A stretch of DNA of 63,906 bases. It comes from Negaprion brevirostris. Its lineage: Eukaryota. The notes under the pieces are model-generated. The model did not search any database, was not told the origin of the DNA, and worked only from the letters and a program-made list of their open reading frames with translations. Shown piece after piece: positions 37,321 through 50,390 of this stretch (positions are counted from its first letter, which is position 1; each line of letters starts with the position of its first letter). The DNA lies in the NCBI GenBank assembly GCA_030324005.1, contig JARDVH010000073.1, positions 50,407,144-50,471,049 on the forward strand. The letters are read 5' to 3'. A program made the translations under genes and the position numbers.

Positions 37321-39495
37321 ACCAATGTCTGCCAGGATTGCTCCGAGGGTACAGTACAGAATGAAAGTAGTTTCAAACTTGTCCAACCCACAGCGCATAA
37401 GGGGATTCAAGTGTCAACAGCAACAAACTTGCATGGAACTCCAGAAGAATTTCTTAGTAACTCTGTCAGTCAGATAGGTTTGAAACACAAGAAAATGCTG
37501 CCTCACAATTAAGCACTTGAGCCTCTGTTAAATAGCGATTGTTAACCAGAAATGAAGGGAAATCATAGGTTGATTATTGGTCATCAGTTGTTAGATGCAG
37601 GTGCACAAATCCATAAAGAAATCGTGTTTAAAAGAAAACAACAAANNNNNNNNNNNNNNNNNNNNNNNNNNNNNNNNNNNNNNNNNNNNNNNNNNNNNNN
37701 NNNNNNNNNNNNNNNNNNNNNNNNNNNNNNNNNNNNNNNNNNNNNTGGAGAGGGGAACAGTGAACCCTCAAAATTAAACAGAATATCTTCTCATTTCTTA
37801 CTCGTTCCTACATTCTGGAGCAAAGCCCTGGGTGCTTTCCTGCTCCAACTCACCTGTGAAACTTCATAGAGTAATTTGTAGTGCTCGTCCCTCTTCTGTA
37901 AAGTGCACAGATTGCAGCCCATTCTAAGTCAGCCGCCAGCCCACCGTCCACTTTTGTTTTGCCCAGAGCTGAGAGGGACTTGCACTGACGGGGAAATCAC
38001 CCTCCAGACCTGACTGCCGTCTCTCATCAGTCACCAAGAGCCGTCCTCACAATAAACATAACACAGGCACTGTTAGATGTGGCACTTGGCTTGGGGGATG
38101 GGGGCTGAGAGAGAGGGAGGGGGGTGTCTTGGAAATGAGCAGCAGGATTCGTGGTTGTTTCCTTGTCGGTATCTCACACACAGTTTTGATTCAGTTCAAA
38201 GCAACACACTCCCCCTGTCTTTGCTTCAGTGCACATGACTACACAGATTCCAACTCATGCATATTAATAAGGGCTTCATTGATTATTTATGACACGTCGT
38301 GATGGTGGGGAAGGACGTCTCTGCTTATGACAGATGAATATCCACTAATTAGGAAGCAAATATATTGTAATACAATTTTTAAAAAATACATACACTGCTT
38401 TGTTCAACAAACTCTCCGAGTTATTACATTATTACTCAAAATATATTAAAACTAGTGATTAGACAATCATATTCCTACAAAGATTATTGCAGGAATTTAC
38501 ACCCTGGTCCCATTTCAAAGGGCAATGCGAAATCCTTCATTTTTACAAGTTTACATGACTGAGGAACTCGTCAAATTTGGGGCATTGCAGCTGGAATTCC
38601 TGCTAGGAATCACAACAGGCTTTCAACAGAAACACGAACTCAGATAAATGCCCGAAGTCCACATGGTGAGAGTGTCCAACTGTTCTGGGAATCAAGAATG
38701 GAAATTCTTTCGACCCAAGCCGTGTGTCTCCGTTCAAACTCTCTCTCTCTTCTCGTCTAAAAACTGAGTTTTCTTAATTGGTCTTAATCACAAGCAAATT
38801 TGGTCTCATGTCGAGCAACACCGATACAACACCAAAGACAAGAGTGGCAAGTACATCAAGAATCATCTGTTGCCTATCAGCCCTCACCCCCTGGGACACG
38901 CTAATCCGATTTTCCAGGCCTTAGTGTTACTTAACTGTCTGGAGAAGAGCCGAGAGGCGACCTACGTGGAAGCATTTCTCACCACGGATGCCCCGTGATC
39001 GCCTACATGGCCGGCTGTGTGCCAATGAGACTATCCCTAAAGCAGCTTTGTAAATGCAGATGAGCTGAAGAGACACGGATTAAACTTGATCCACTTGGCA
39101 CTCACTGCCTGAGTTAACGGTGCCAAAGCGGCACTTGCACTCCCAAGCGAGTCTGCTGTCCAACAAGCGTCCCAGGGTTAAATTACTAATCAGAAAATCG
39201 CTCTTTAAAACACACACGATTATTGTGGATAAAAAGCTGACTGCTTCGAGGCCACCCAGTGCTTCACGCTGCTTCTGTATTCGAATAACCTGTTAGCGAC
39301 CAGAGAAAGTGTCAGAAATTAATTCCGCCCCCCTCCTCGCAACTTTGAGGCTATTTAGCAGCCAACATGTCCCACTCCCTGTGCTGAAACAGAGGTTATT
39401 GCCTCTGACTACAGGTAGATAGTCCACAAGAAACCGAGTGAGTGACATATGTACATCTGGAGGCTGGGGGGGTGGGTACTACTACTCCCCATCAA

Positions 39496-39565
39496 GCTGA
39501 GGTAGACTGTGGAGCTTCCTCCTCATCTTCCCCCATGAGGAGGAAGCTCCACAGTCTCCCTCAGC
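39496..39565. repeat. Near-perfect inverted repeat (31-bp stem, 1 mismatch, 8-nt loop)
   Basis: gctgagg-t-agactgtggagcttcctcctcat / cttccccc / atgaggaggaagctccacagtct-c-cctcagc. Confidence 0.95.
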
Positions 39566-40519
39566 CCCAACAGGAATTGTACCAACATTATTGGCATTAT
39601 CCTGAACCAGGAGCCATCTTGCCAACTGAACTCCCTCCACACACCCACTTATTGGCCTAAGAGTCCTCACCCACCCAAGCTGGCATTTCTGGCCATTACT
39701 GCAGCGAGCGCACCCATCAGAGTAAGGATTGGCAAATGGAAAGTACCTGGCAGGGGAAGAGAAGGAGTCAAGGACAAAGCTCATGTGAGTGAGAAGGGCA
39801 GGCAGCAGTGCAGAGAGAGGGATGGGGGAATGGAATGCAATAAAGGGGATAGGGAAGAATTGGCAATGTAGACATGGAGGAATTAATACAGGGNNNNNNN
39901 NNGAAAGACAACAGAAAGAAGGAGCAGCACTTGGGAGCTGGGGGAGAAAGGAGAATGCTAGATGAACCAGTTGTGTATGCCAAATGGATGGGAAGGAAGA
40001 GTCTGAAACACCGTGGAGCGGGTAGTGATGGCACCAGACAGAACCAGGAGGGTTGAAAAAAGAGAACAAGTCCGTGAAAAAGTGAATGGTTAGTTGGGCT
40101 ACAGTATCTTTCTGAGGTGGTCACAGAGCTGGAAGTGGGAGAATGATTATTGAAGTAACATTTGGAAAGGGACAGTGGCTATATTGGGAATTTATAAGCC
40201 ATTTTCCCCCCTGTTTTGAACTAAAAAATGTCACTATTAGGATTTCCCCTTTAAAACCTTTCAACTTGTGTGTTTTCTCTGCAATGCAACTTGAATGATA
40301 GGGAAATTTACAGCCTGAAGGGTAAAATTACACAAGAGTTAATTTTTACATTTCCAGGCAGTTTTTGAGTTGTCAGCTTTTTGGGAAATGAGTCATTTTT
40401 TGAAATGAAACTATTGATCAGCTGTTGAGTTTTTCTAATTGACCAGAACACTTTGGAGATGTCAGAAAATTAATCTAAAATGATCAGACTGATGTGACCA
40501 TCCCAAGGTGAATTATTCT

Positions 40520-41125
40520 GCACCATTTATTATCACACTTTCCGAGAACTCGGGATGTCCGAATGTGCTTTCCAACAAATAAAACACTTGTGAAGTACAT
40601 TCATTACTACAGTGTAGGAAACATGACAGTTAAATCTTGACAATATGATTCACATTCAGCAATGTGATCATTGCCAGCAAATGGATTTTACTGNNNNNNN
40701 NNNNNNNNNNNNNNNNNNNNNNNNNNNNNNNNNNNNNNNNNNNNNNNNNNNNNNNNNNNNNNNNNNNNNNNNNNNNNNNNNNNNNNNNNNNNNTTTTACT
40801 GGTGTTGGTTGAGGGATAAATATGGTGTTGAGAGACTTCTTACTGTACTTACCCCAATCCAACGTCTGCGTCTCCACATTATGGATAAATATTGGCCAGC
40901 ACGCAATGGAAAACTCTCCTGCTCTTCTTTGAATAGTGCATGGGATTTTTTACATACAAGGGTAGATCAGGCCTCTATTTATCATTAATCTGAAAGACAG
41001 CATCTCTGAAAGCAAGTCACTGTCTGAACACTGGAATATCAGCTGAAACCGTGTGCTCAACTTCCAGAAGGGGACTTGAATCCGCAACATTCTGATTCAG
41101 ATAAGAGTGCCACCATTTGAGTGTT
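40520..41125 (-). mobile_element. Deu-domain SINE with a short Penelope-like insertion at ~40822-40880
   Basis: 'ggttgagggataaata' [insert] 'ggataaatattggccagcac..ctcctgctcttctttgaatagtgcatgggatttttta..ctgaaagacagca..gggacttgaa..ttctgattcag'. Confidence 0.8.
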
Positions 41126-42224
41126 TCAGTAATTACTGACAAATAAATGTTATTAGAATAGAATGCAAATGATTTAAATGCAAATATGGGTTCATGGCTG
41201 TTCACGTAATTGTTACAGCGCAGGAGACCATTTGGCCCATCGTGTTTGCACTGGCTCTCCAAAAACGTATCAATGCTTAGTGCCATTCTTCTGCCTTTTC
41301 CCTATATCCCTGCATATTGTTTCTTCACCTGTATACTTCACATTCTCCATCAGACTGAAGTTGATCGGATGAAGGGTGGTGAAAATGTAAATAATATTTT
41401 TGAAGTACTTTTGTCAGTCAAGAAAATATCTCTTATGCTAACACTGAAAAATTTCAATTTGGTCACTTAAAAACTACTTTCAACTGCTGATTATATTACA
41501 GAGTAGCTCTTCATTTACATAACAATGTGTGCAGAGAACTTTATACCTGCAGTAATTTGCAGTGCCAGGAAGTCAACAAGTTTCAAATTGTAGATTTTGA
41601 ACTCAATCACAGATCTGGAAAGTCCCCAGCACCTGCAGACGTTTACACAACAGATGTCAGTTCACTTCAACACCACATAAGCAGCTGCTTTTATTTTCCT
41701 TTTTTTTCCCTGAGGCTCCTTGTTCTTCCTTATAATTATTGTATAGATAGATTTCTAAATTGACTTCTTTCCTCCCATGCACCATTTTGATTTACTTTGT
41801 ACTTGACAACTTTTGTTGATTGAGGCTGCCTCCTGGCAAAGGAGGTGATACATTAAACGTGACCCCACTTGAAGGGCAGTATTGTACATTGGCACGTGCA
41901 GAGGCAACGAAAGGTACAACGTAAATTTGAATTTTATCTTTCTTTATATAATGTATCCTTTGATAGTTCTCCTCAAGCAAGGCCAGCAGGAGCCCTCATC
42001 ATGGAAGGGCTCATTGGACCCCCTCTATCATCTCCAGCATTGCTGGCAAGTGTTGCATGAAACAACATAGACCACAATGGTCAAATAGTGTGTCACTGTT
42101 CACTGTCAAAGTTGAAAATGGATGAGAGAGATGACAAATACTTGTAAGTGGTGAAAGGACATCCATAGAGAGTCAGAACCTCTGGGAGAGTAGGAGACGA
42201 GAGAAAACTGCTGAGGAAAATAGG

Positions 42225-42520
42225 ACATCATGGTGGCACAGTGGTTAACACTGCTGCCTCAGCTCCAGGGACCCGAGTTCAATTCTGGCCTCAATTCACC
42301 ATCTGTTTGGAGTTTACACATTCTCTCTATGACTGCGTGGGTTTCCTCCCACAGTCCAAAGATATGCAGGTTAGGCGGACTGGGCATACTAAAGTGCCTT
42401 TTAGCGTCCAAANNNNNNNNNNNNNNNNNNNNNNNNNNNNNNNNNNNNNNNNNNNNNNNNNNNNNNNNNNNNNNNNNNNNNNNNNNNNCTGGCCTCCTTC
42501 TGCACTGTAGGAATTCTGTG
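42225..42520 (+). mobile_element. HE1-like V-SINE
   Basis: 'ggtggcacagtggttaacactgctgcctc..gggtttcctcccacagtccaaagat..ggcctccttctgcactgtaggaattct'. Confidence 0.9.
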
Positions 42521-43829
42521 AAAATACAGAGAATTCCAGCTTCTATTTGCAGTTGAATTTTTAATTGGAGAATTTCTGCAGATGCATCCTCTTTAAATAA
42601 AAGAACAGAAATCCCCAAATCCCACCTGTGGTATTGTAATTTGAGCAGCACTGTACAATCTGAATTGCTATCATGACTAACATTTATTTTCTATCTTTTT
42701 AAAAGAGTTAGTGTGGTTGTTGCGGCACACCTTTATCTCTCCATCGTTCTGTACTTTCTCCCAAACTGAGGGTGAATAAAATTAGGTAGTTCAACTAATT
42801 AAATACAGCGGTGCTCTATTTCAGATACACAATTCCAGCACTCTCTTCCCCTTCACCCCTCAGGGTTTATCCTGTAAGTAATTGTGCGAGGGAATAGGGG
42901 GTCAAGTAAAATGGAATTAATACAGGAACATTGGGTTAAAAGTTACTTTACATAAATTCACAGTAAGACATATTTTGACAGGAGTCAAAACTAGCCTTCA
43001 AAAACAGCAAGGTTAACTCCCTTTACAACGATGTGAATTCACTGATAAGAAATATATACGATGTATTAAAAATGGTATTTCATGGTTCATGCCATTACAT
43101 TAGCACATACAATGCTATCCTGGGATGCAAGTCAGTATGGAGAAATTTTCCATGGCNNNNNNNNNNNNNNNNNNNNNNNNNNNNNNNNNNNNNNNNNNNN
43201 NNNNNNNNNNNNNNNNNNNNNNNNNNNNNNNNNNNNNNNNNNNNNNNNNNNNNNNNNNNNNNNNNNNNNNNNNNNNNNNNNNNNNNNNNNNNNNNNNNNN
43301 NNNNNNNNNNNNNNNNNNNNNNNNNNNNNNNNNNNNNNNNNNNNNNNNNNNNNNNNNNNNNNNNNNNNNNNNNNNNNNNNNNNNNNNNNNNNNNNNNNNN
43401 NNNNNNNNNNNNNNNNNNNNNNNNNNNNNNNNNNNNNNNNNNNNNNNNNNNNNNNNNNNNNNNNNNNNNNNNNNNNNNNNNNNNNNNNNNNNNNNNNNNN
43501 NNNNNNNNNNNNNNNNNNNNNNNNNNNNNNNNNNNNNNNNNNNNNNNNNNNNNNNNNNNNNNNNNNNNNNNNNNNNNNNNNNNNNNNNNNNNNNNNNNNN
43601 NNNNNNNNNNNNNNNNNNNNNNNNNNNNNNNNNNNNNNNNNNNNNNNNNNNNNNNNNNNNNNNNNNNNNNNNNNNNNNNNNNNNNNNNNNNNNNNNNNNN
43701 NNNNNNNNNNNNNNNNNNNNNNNNNNNNNNNNNNNNNNNNNNNNNNNNNNNNNNNNNNNNNNNNNNNNNNNNNNNNNNNNNNNNNNNNNNNNNNNNNNNN
43801 NNNNNNNNNNNNNNNNNNNNNNNNNNNNN

Positions 43830-44092
43830 TGTGCCTCATCCACAAAGGCTGTCAAGCTCACGAAGCAAGGTGTATTGTTGAAGACAAGTTAAGCACGAGC
43901 TGCACAAGTCCAGAGCCACCAGTGCAACAACTACAGGATCTACACAAGTCTGTCCAATATATGCCAGGACATTCCATGCCCAAATTGGCCTGGTCAGTCA
44001 TCTTCGGACAAACTGCAACCAGCCTCAAAATGACTAATGGTGTCGAGGTCCTCATTGGTGATGATAGACGAACAACAACAACAATAACAATG
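43830..44092 (+). mobile_element. RTE-clade LINE 3' end
   Basis: LIHKGCQAHEAR...KSRATSATT...VCPIYARTFHAQIGLVSHLRTN (degenerate C-terminal C2H2 finger) followed by a short UTR and (AAC)n tail at ~44071-44090. Confidence 0.8.
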
Positions 44093-45154
44093 CTATCCAT
44101 GATAATTAAACCACAATCAGATAAAAGAATGCTCAGCCTTATTATCTTGCTGGACACTCTCCCCTCACTATGCAACATTGACCAACATGACAGTGGCATA
44201 AAGTCCAGTGTACAGGAATAAATTCAAAACAACTTTTCCTAGAAATTAAACACCCTCATTATAATATGTGGTCCTTCCACCAAATATAGAATACTAATTA
44301 TGGTGGTCTATTATTCATCAAATGAATACTTTTCATGTAACCATTAATTATATAACCCCAAAGTTTACTGTAAATACATCAACCCAAACTCAAATCTTCA
44401 GATTCATTAGATTCTCATAGATATCTTCAGGCCCATTCTGAATCTCACATACTGGGGATTATGGTAGCATTACTTCAATATTTGATGGATATCCTTACTT
44501 TGAAATCTATAACAAGAGTCTAATAGAAATATGGGCTAGTTATCTTTTCAGGATTTATCTAGCTTGCAATTTATACCTTTTGTATAACCACCACAATTGC
44601 AAGCTTTCATATTATAATAAATTTGTGCGTGCTTAAATCTTTAATCATTTCATTTAGAATTCTGTATCAAAGAGTCACAAACCACACCCTCCCCCCAATT
44701 CCAATTCTCTTGTGGTGAGAGAACATTTTCTCAGGAGTTTCACCCAGACTCTTCTAATGTCCAGGAAATGACAATCTATTTAAGAAATAGTTGTAAAAAG
44801 TCCATCAAGGAGAAGGTAATAATTCTGGATGGTTTCAATCCTTCATTCGAAGGTCACACAGGTCACACAAACCAGTTACATGTCCTTGGGTCGAGCTCTC
44901 TCCGACTGAAGTTGAAGAGAATTAAACAAAAGGTACATCAGGCCATGAATAAACTTCAAATATCAATAGGGGTTGTAATAATTCACAACTGAACCATACA
45001 GACTCCAGGCCTGACTTTGACTGAATTGGTCAATCTTAGCTGAGATTGAGAGTGCGGGATCTTCAATGCACCCAACTGAGGGAAAGGATAAATTAACTTT
45101 GATAGGTTTCCACTTTTGATTGCTACCCAGCTGCTCCAATGGAAAGTAACATGA

Positions 45155-45315
45155 GCCTTTGCTCAGTGGGTAGGATTTTCACCTCAGGTTAGAAAGTTGT
45201 TGGTCCGATTCTCTAGAGGCTTGAGCAACTATTCCAGGCTGATACGCAGTACAGAGGGAGTGCTATACTGTCAGAGCTGCCATTTCTTGGATGAGATGTT
45301 AAATTGAGGCCTTCT
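45155..45315 (+). mobile_element. Deu-domain SINE 5' head
   Basis: 'gctcagtgggtag..acctc..agaaagttg..ttgagc..tccaggctga..gcagtacagagggagtgct..actgtcagag.tgcc..ggatgagatgttaaa'. Confidence 0.7.
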
Positions 45316-45332
45316 GATACATATGAAAAACG

Positions 45333-45560
45333 GTACTGTGTACAGTTCTGGTCACCTTACTATAGAAAGGATATTATTAACTAGAAAGAGTGCAGAAAAG
45401 ATACATTAGGATGCTACCGGGAGTTGTGGTTTGAGTTATAAGGAGAGGCTGGATACATTAGGACTTTTTCCTCTGGACCATAGAAGGCTGAGGGGTGATC
45501 TTATAGAGGTCTATAAAATAAAGAGGGGCATAGATCAGCTAGACAATCAATATCTTTTCC
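45333..45560 (+). mobile_element. CR1 LINE ORF2 fragment (runs into a gap)
   Basis: YCVQFWSPYYRKDII..LERVQKR..RMLPG..LSYKERLDTLGLFPLDHRRLRGDLIEVYKI. Confidence 0.92.
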
Positions 45561-47969
45561 NNNNNNNNNNNNNNNNNNNNNNNNNNNNNNNNNNNNNNNN
45601 NNNNNNNNNNNNNNNNNNNNNNNNNNNNNNNNNNNNNNNNNNNNNNNNNNNNNNNNNNNNNNNNNNNNNNNNNNNNNNNNNNNNNNNNNNNNNNNNNNNN
45701 NNNNNNNNNNNNNNNNNNNNNNNNNNNNNNNNNNNNNNNNNNNNNNNNNNNNNNNNNNNNNNNNNNNNNNNNNNNNNNNNNNNNNNNNNNNNNNNNNNNN
45801 NNNNNNNNNNNNNNNNNNNNNNNNNNNNNNNNNNNNNNNNNNNNNNNNNNNNNNNNNNNNNNNNNNNNNNNNNNNNNNNNNNNNNNNNNNNNNNNNNNNN
45901 NNNNNNNNNNNNNNNNNNNNNNNNNNNNNNNNNNNNNNNNNNNNNNNNNNNNNNNNNNNNNNNNNNNNNNNNNNNNNNNNNNNNNNNNNNNNNNNNNNNN
46001 NNNNNNNNNNNNNNNNNNNNNNNNNNNNNNNNNNNNNNNNNNNNNNNNNNNNNNNNNNNNNNNNNNNNNNNNNNNNNNNNNNNNNNNNNNNNNNNNNNNN
46101 NNNNNNNNNNNNNNNNNNNNNNNNNNNNNNNNNNNNNNNNNNNNNNNNNNNNNNNNNNNNNNNNNNNNNNNNNNNNNNNNNNNNNNNNNNNNNNNNNNNN
46201 NNNNNNNNNNNNNNNNNNNNNNNNNNNNNNNNNNNNNNNNNNNNNNNNNNNNNNNNNNNNNNNNNNNNNNNNNNNNNNNNNNNNNNNNNNNNNNNNNNNN
46301 NNNNNNNNNNNNNNNNNNNNNNNNNNNNNNNNNNNNNNNNNNNNNNNNNNNNNNNNNNNNNNNNNNNNNNNNNNNNNNNNNNNNNNNNNNNNNNNNNNNN
46401 NNNNNNNNNNNNNNNNNNNNNNNNNNNNNNNNNNNNNNNNNNNNNNNNNNNNNNNNNNNNNNNNNNNNNNNNNNNNNNNNNNNNNNNNNNNNNNNNNNNN
46501 NNNNNNNNNNNNNNNNNNNNNNNNNNNNNNATCTCGGGTTGGGTCCATTCATGTCTAAAATGTGCAATCTATCACCATTGGGTGGCTCATTTCTACAACT
46601 GCCATACTTCATGAGTTCTACACTGGCAAGGTTAAGTTTGGCACTCGAGTAACTCTCTTTCCTGGGATCACTCAGTGATTTGGCATCATAAAATACTTTT
46701 GTGCATCGACTACAAGATCAAGTTCAAATGTCAGCCCTGCAGCGAGACAAGCATCTTTTTCTGTCTGGATAGAAAGCATCGAGTGCTCCCTGAGGAAGAA
46801 AATGAGATGTATGGTTAAAGTATAGTCAGAGAGAAATTGCCAAAGCAAACCAGGAACAAAACTGATTGTGCCATCAGAAACAACACAACTAAATGCACAA
46901 CACAACTACAGTATTTCAGCAAACTGCATTCCCTTCAAAGTTGGAGTGAAAACGTGGCCCAAATCCAGAGTTGGAATCTGGTAGAACAGCAGACTACCAG
47001 ACGAGGCAGTCTCTCTGCACTTCACTTCAGAGGCAGTGTACACAAGCTGAGGGTTGGCAAGGAGCCATAAGCCATTTGCATCAAACAATGAAACTGAATG
47101 AACACATTATGACAAAGATTGTAACTTGGGTTCTGTGTCCAGCTGTTCCAGCACTGCCACCAGTAATCCCAGGCTCTGAGATCCTGCTCTCTATGATGTT
47201 CTCCAGACACTTATTGTTTGAAACTAGTTTAGAATTGCTGTTCTGGGGGTCTGACACTCAGCATAAATGATAACAATGGCTCCGACATACCTAGCATAGT
47301 CCAAACAACTATCCTTATTTGGTCAACAGAGGAAGTGTTAGGTCACAGCTCACAGGCCAGGTCATGACTCACTCCAGCCTTCTAACCTGCATGTGTTTAA
47401 TTATAACTTGACCAAAGTTCCCATCTTGCTTAACTCTCATTGTTACAATTCCTAATATTGCTGGTTGCTGTTATTGTTATTGTCGTCAGCCCTTCAGCCA
47501 CAGTTACACCATCCTGGTTTCATTCCAATCAGACACTCAGTGTGTAATAATATATAATCAATTTTGCTTCCATTTGGTTGGTTCCCCCAACATCATTAAA
47601 CTGAACGTGTCCAAGTGGAATCAACTTCTTCTCAATCTGAGGATGGTTCTATTTCAATTAGTGTTCTCCTGAAAGGGGCAGGACAGATGTGGCAACAATG
47701 AATTCTGAATTATGTGGGTCTACGTCCTATTTAAAAACAGCATGCTCTCCGTGAGGAACTCTAATAGATAAAAGCAGTATTAAAACAGTTTCTGGCAAGA
47801 GACCTCGATGTCTAAGGGCAGCATGAGGCAGACTGAGGTTTACCCTGCCCCAGTAGGTTTGTAAGTGTTGTGCTGAAACAGTACCTTTCAGTTTTCACAC
47901 CTGCCCTTTGAATATGACATACAAGATTATATGTTTTGCACTGGGCAGTTTGCACACATCTTATTTCCA

Positions 47970-48390
47970 GGTATCAGCATTTTCAGAAGTTTATGGGTTC
48001 ACATCCTACTTCAGAGACCCAAGCACTTTGTTCTAGACTGCCATTTCCATGCAGTACTGAGCGAGTGCTACATTGTCAGAGGTGCCATGTTTCATACGAG
48101 GCGTTAAACCAAGGCTCCACCTGCCTTAGGTCAACATAAATGACTCCAAAGCACTATTTTGAGGAATAGTGGCGTTCTCCCCAGGTGTTTTTGGTCTCCC
48201 TCCAACACCATCACTAAAATAGGTTATCTGACGTTATCATGTTGCTGTTTGAGTGAGCCTGGTATGCACAGATTTTCTGATGCTGTTCCTAAATTACAAT
48301 AACTACATTTCACAGCCAATGAAGTACTTTTGAAGCAATTTGGAAAGACTGGAGGTCACGAAAGGTGCTAGATGAATGCAGGTCTTTATC
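47970..48390 (+). mobile_element. Deu-domain SINE, near full length
   Basis: Head 'cagaagtttatgggttcacatcctact..gcagtactgagcgagtgct', core 'gcactatttt..ttctccccaggtgt..catcactaaaa', tail 'gaaaggtgctagatgaatgcaggtcttt'. Confidence 0.8.
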
Positions 48391-48648
48391 TTAAATGACA
48401 CACACTGCATCTGGAATTGGAATTCTCCCCACAGAAAACGTCTGTTTGTACATCTGCACAACAAGATGTCAGTATTGAGCCACTTGGGCTTTCCCGCTGG
48501 CAAATGGGATTCTGAACTCAAGACACTGATCTCCTGCTACGCTATTGAGCGAGTGATAATGTCAAGTGCTGCTGCACCTGCTTTCAAACAGACTGTCAGG
48601 TAGAAAAGCATAATGTGCCCCGACTGGCCCTGTCTTTGGTTACCTTAC

Positions 48649-48729
48649 CTTCTGTGCAGCATTAGAATCATGTTATTGGATCTGACTCTTCCTCACGACT
48701 GACTGCTATCGCATTGCGGAGCCAGCTGT
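48649..48729 (-). other. Candidate 81-nt exon with stops in all frames (stop-containing or non-coding exon)
   Basis: gtgtgtctctcag|ACAGCTGG...CAGAAG|gtaagg; phase-1 reading xSWLRNAIAVSREEESDPIT*. Confidence 0.35.
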
Positions 48730-49684
48730 CTGAGAGACACACACGGGTCTGGCTGATGCTGACCCCACCTATTGTTCTGGTAAAGACCAAGTCCCCACAT
48801 ACTGCACTGTCAGGGAAGACTGGAATCAGCACCAGCTGTTACACTATTATACAGGTACTTTAAAGATTACACCACAATGCCTCACTAGGTTGGCATTGAG
48901 TGCTGTGTACTCCAAACACTGTCTCCTAACAATACTCACACAGGCCTATTGTAAAACCACAGGAGACAGCCATTTGATTCTGCAGCCTAAATAAAATTAG
49001 TCTGATGTCGCCAATGAAACTGTCATAAACTAGACCTTTGATTGAAGTGAAGTCTGATCCTGTTCAGACCTCCTGTGAAAAGCAGACCAGTGACTCTACT
49101 TTACTTGCTTTCTGCTCCATTGATCCTTATTTTCTTCATCTTTTCAAGATCACAAAATGAAAATTAGGCAGAAATGATGAGTGTGTTTCTCTCGAAAGGG
49201 CACAGCGGTCTCTCGTTCCCCTCTCCATTTTTGATTTGTCCCATTTTGTTTTGGATTTACTGGTTTCAATGTCTGTGTTGCTGGGTGGGGACAGAACGCT
49301 GCCTCGATTCCTGTTTTCACCCTGATCCAGTAACCCTGGTTGGACAGATGTGCCCCGCTGTCCTCTTCATGGTAAAAATCATCAAGTGACCCCACATCAG
49401 GGAGGAGGGGTGATGGGGGCATTTCCAATCAGGAGCCACACGTGCAGGAATTGGGGGTTAAGGGAATCGGGGTTGAAATATATAGCACATTAGGTGAAGT
49501 GTCAATTGGTCCTGATAGGAGCCAGTTCCTCTCAGGAGAGGCCTGCAAGAAAAACAATAACAACTGGATTCATGGCTAGCAGATTCCCACTGTTGCTACT
49601 TTGGGTGGTGCAAAAAGTGTTTCTTAATTGGTACTTAGTGACTCCTATCAAATGAATAAGAGAACAGAGTTGACCTGGGCTGTG

Positions 49685-50015
49685 AATACACAGTGGTTCA
49701 CACTGCTGCTTACAGGGCCAGGGACCCAGGTTTGATTCTGGTCTTGAGTGACTGTGTGGAGTTTGCACGTTCTCCCTGTGTCTGTTTGGGTTTCTTCTGG
49801 GTGCTCCAGTTTCCTGTCACAGTGCAAAGATGTGCAGGTTAGGAGGATTAGCCATGCTAAATTGCCCCTCAGTGTCCAAAGATGTGTAGGCCACCCATAG
49901 TAAATGTGAGGGTTAAGGGTTAGGGTAGAGGAGAGGGCCTGGCTGGGATGATCTTTCAGAGGTCGGTGGAGTCTCGATGGGCCAGTTGGCCTCTTTCGGC
50001 ACTATAGGGATTCGA
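49685..50015 (+). mobile_element. HE1-like V-SINE
   Basis: 'cacagtggtt.cactgctgc..gtgtggagtttgcacgttctccctgtgtctg..gccatgctaaattgcccct..ctcgatgggcc..gcactatagggattc'. Confidence 0.9.
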
Positions 50016-50194
50016 TGGTGATTTCCTCCACATGCTGTTCACAAATATGCACCATCCAGACTTGCATGGGCAAGGTTCAATAGGGACACCCGACCTAAAG
50101 TATCAATTTGTACAGGACAAGGAGTAAGAAACGTAAGATGATTGCAGAGAATTGCACACTATTAGGAAGTGTAAATCTAATGTAGAGGAAAAAA

Positions 50195-50390
50195 GAAAAC
50201 TGAGTGCTGCAAATCTGAAATAAAGACAAAAGATGCTAGGGACACAGAACAGGTTGGTTGGTCAGTAGAAAGAAAAAAATAGATTACTATTTGGCGGTTA
50301 GACCTTTCATTGTTATGAAGTGTTGCCCTCGAATACTTAGCTTGTCTTTTTACCTTTCAGGTGCTGACGGGCCGTCTGTGCATTTCTTGC
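50195..50390. mobile_element. Degraded copy of the palindromic repeat family
   Basis: 'tgctgcaaatctgaaataaagacaaaagatgct..' paired with '..ttcaggtgctgac.gg.c.tctgtgcatttc'. Confidence 0.5.

Noticed and set aside
43033-46612. Long ORFs of 237-379 aa
   Set aside because: Mostly X residues from N gaps; the real parts are RTE and CR1 remnants.
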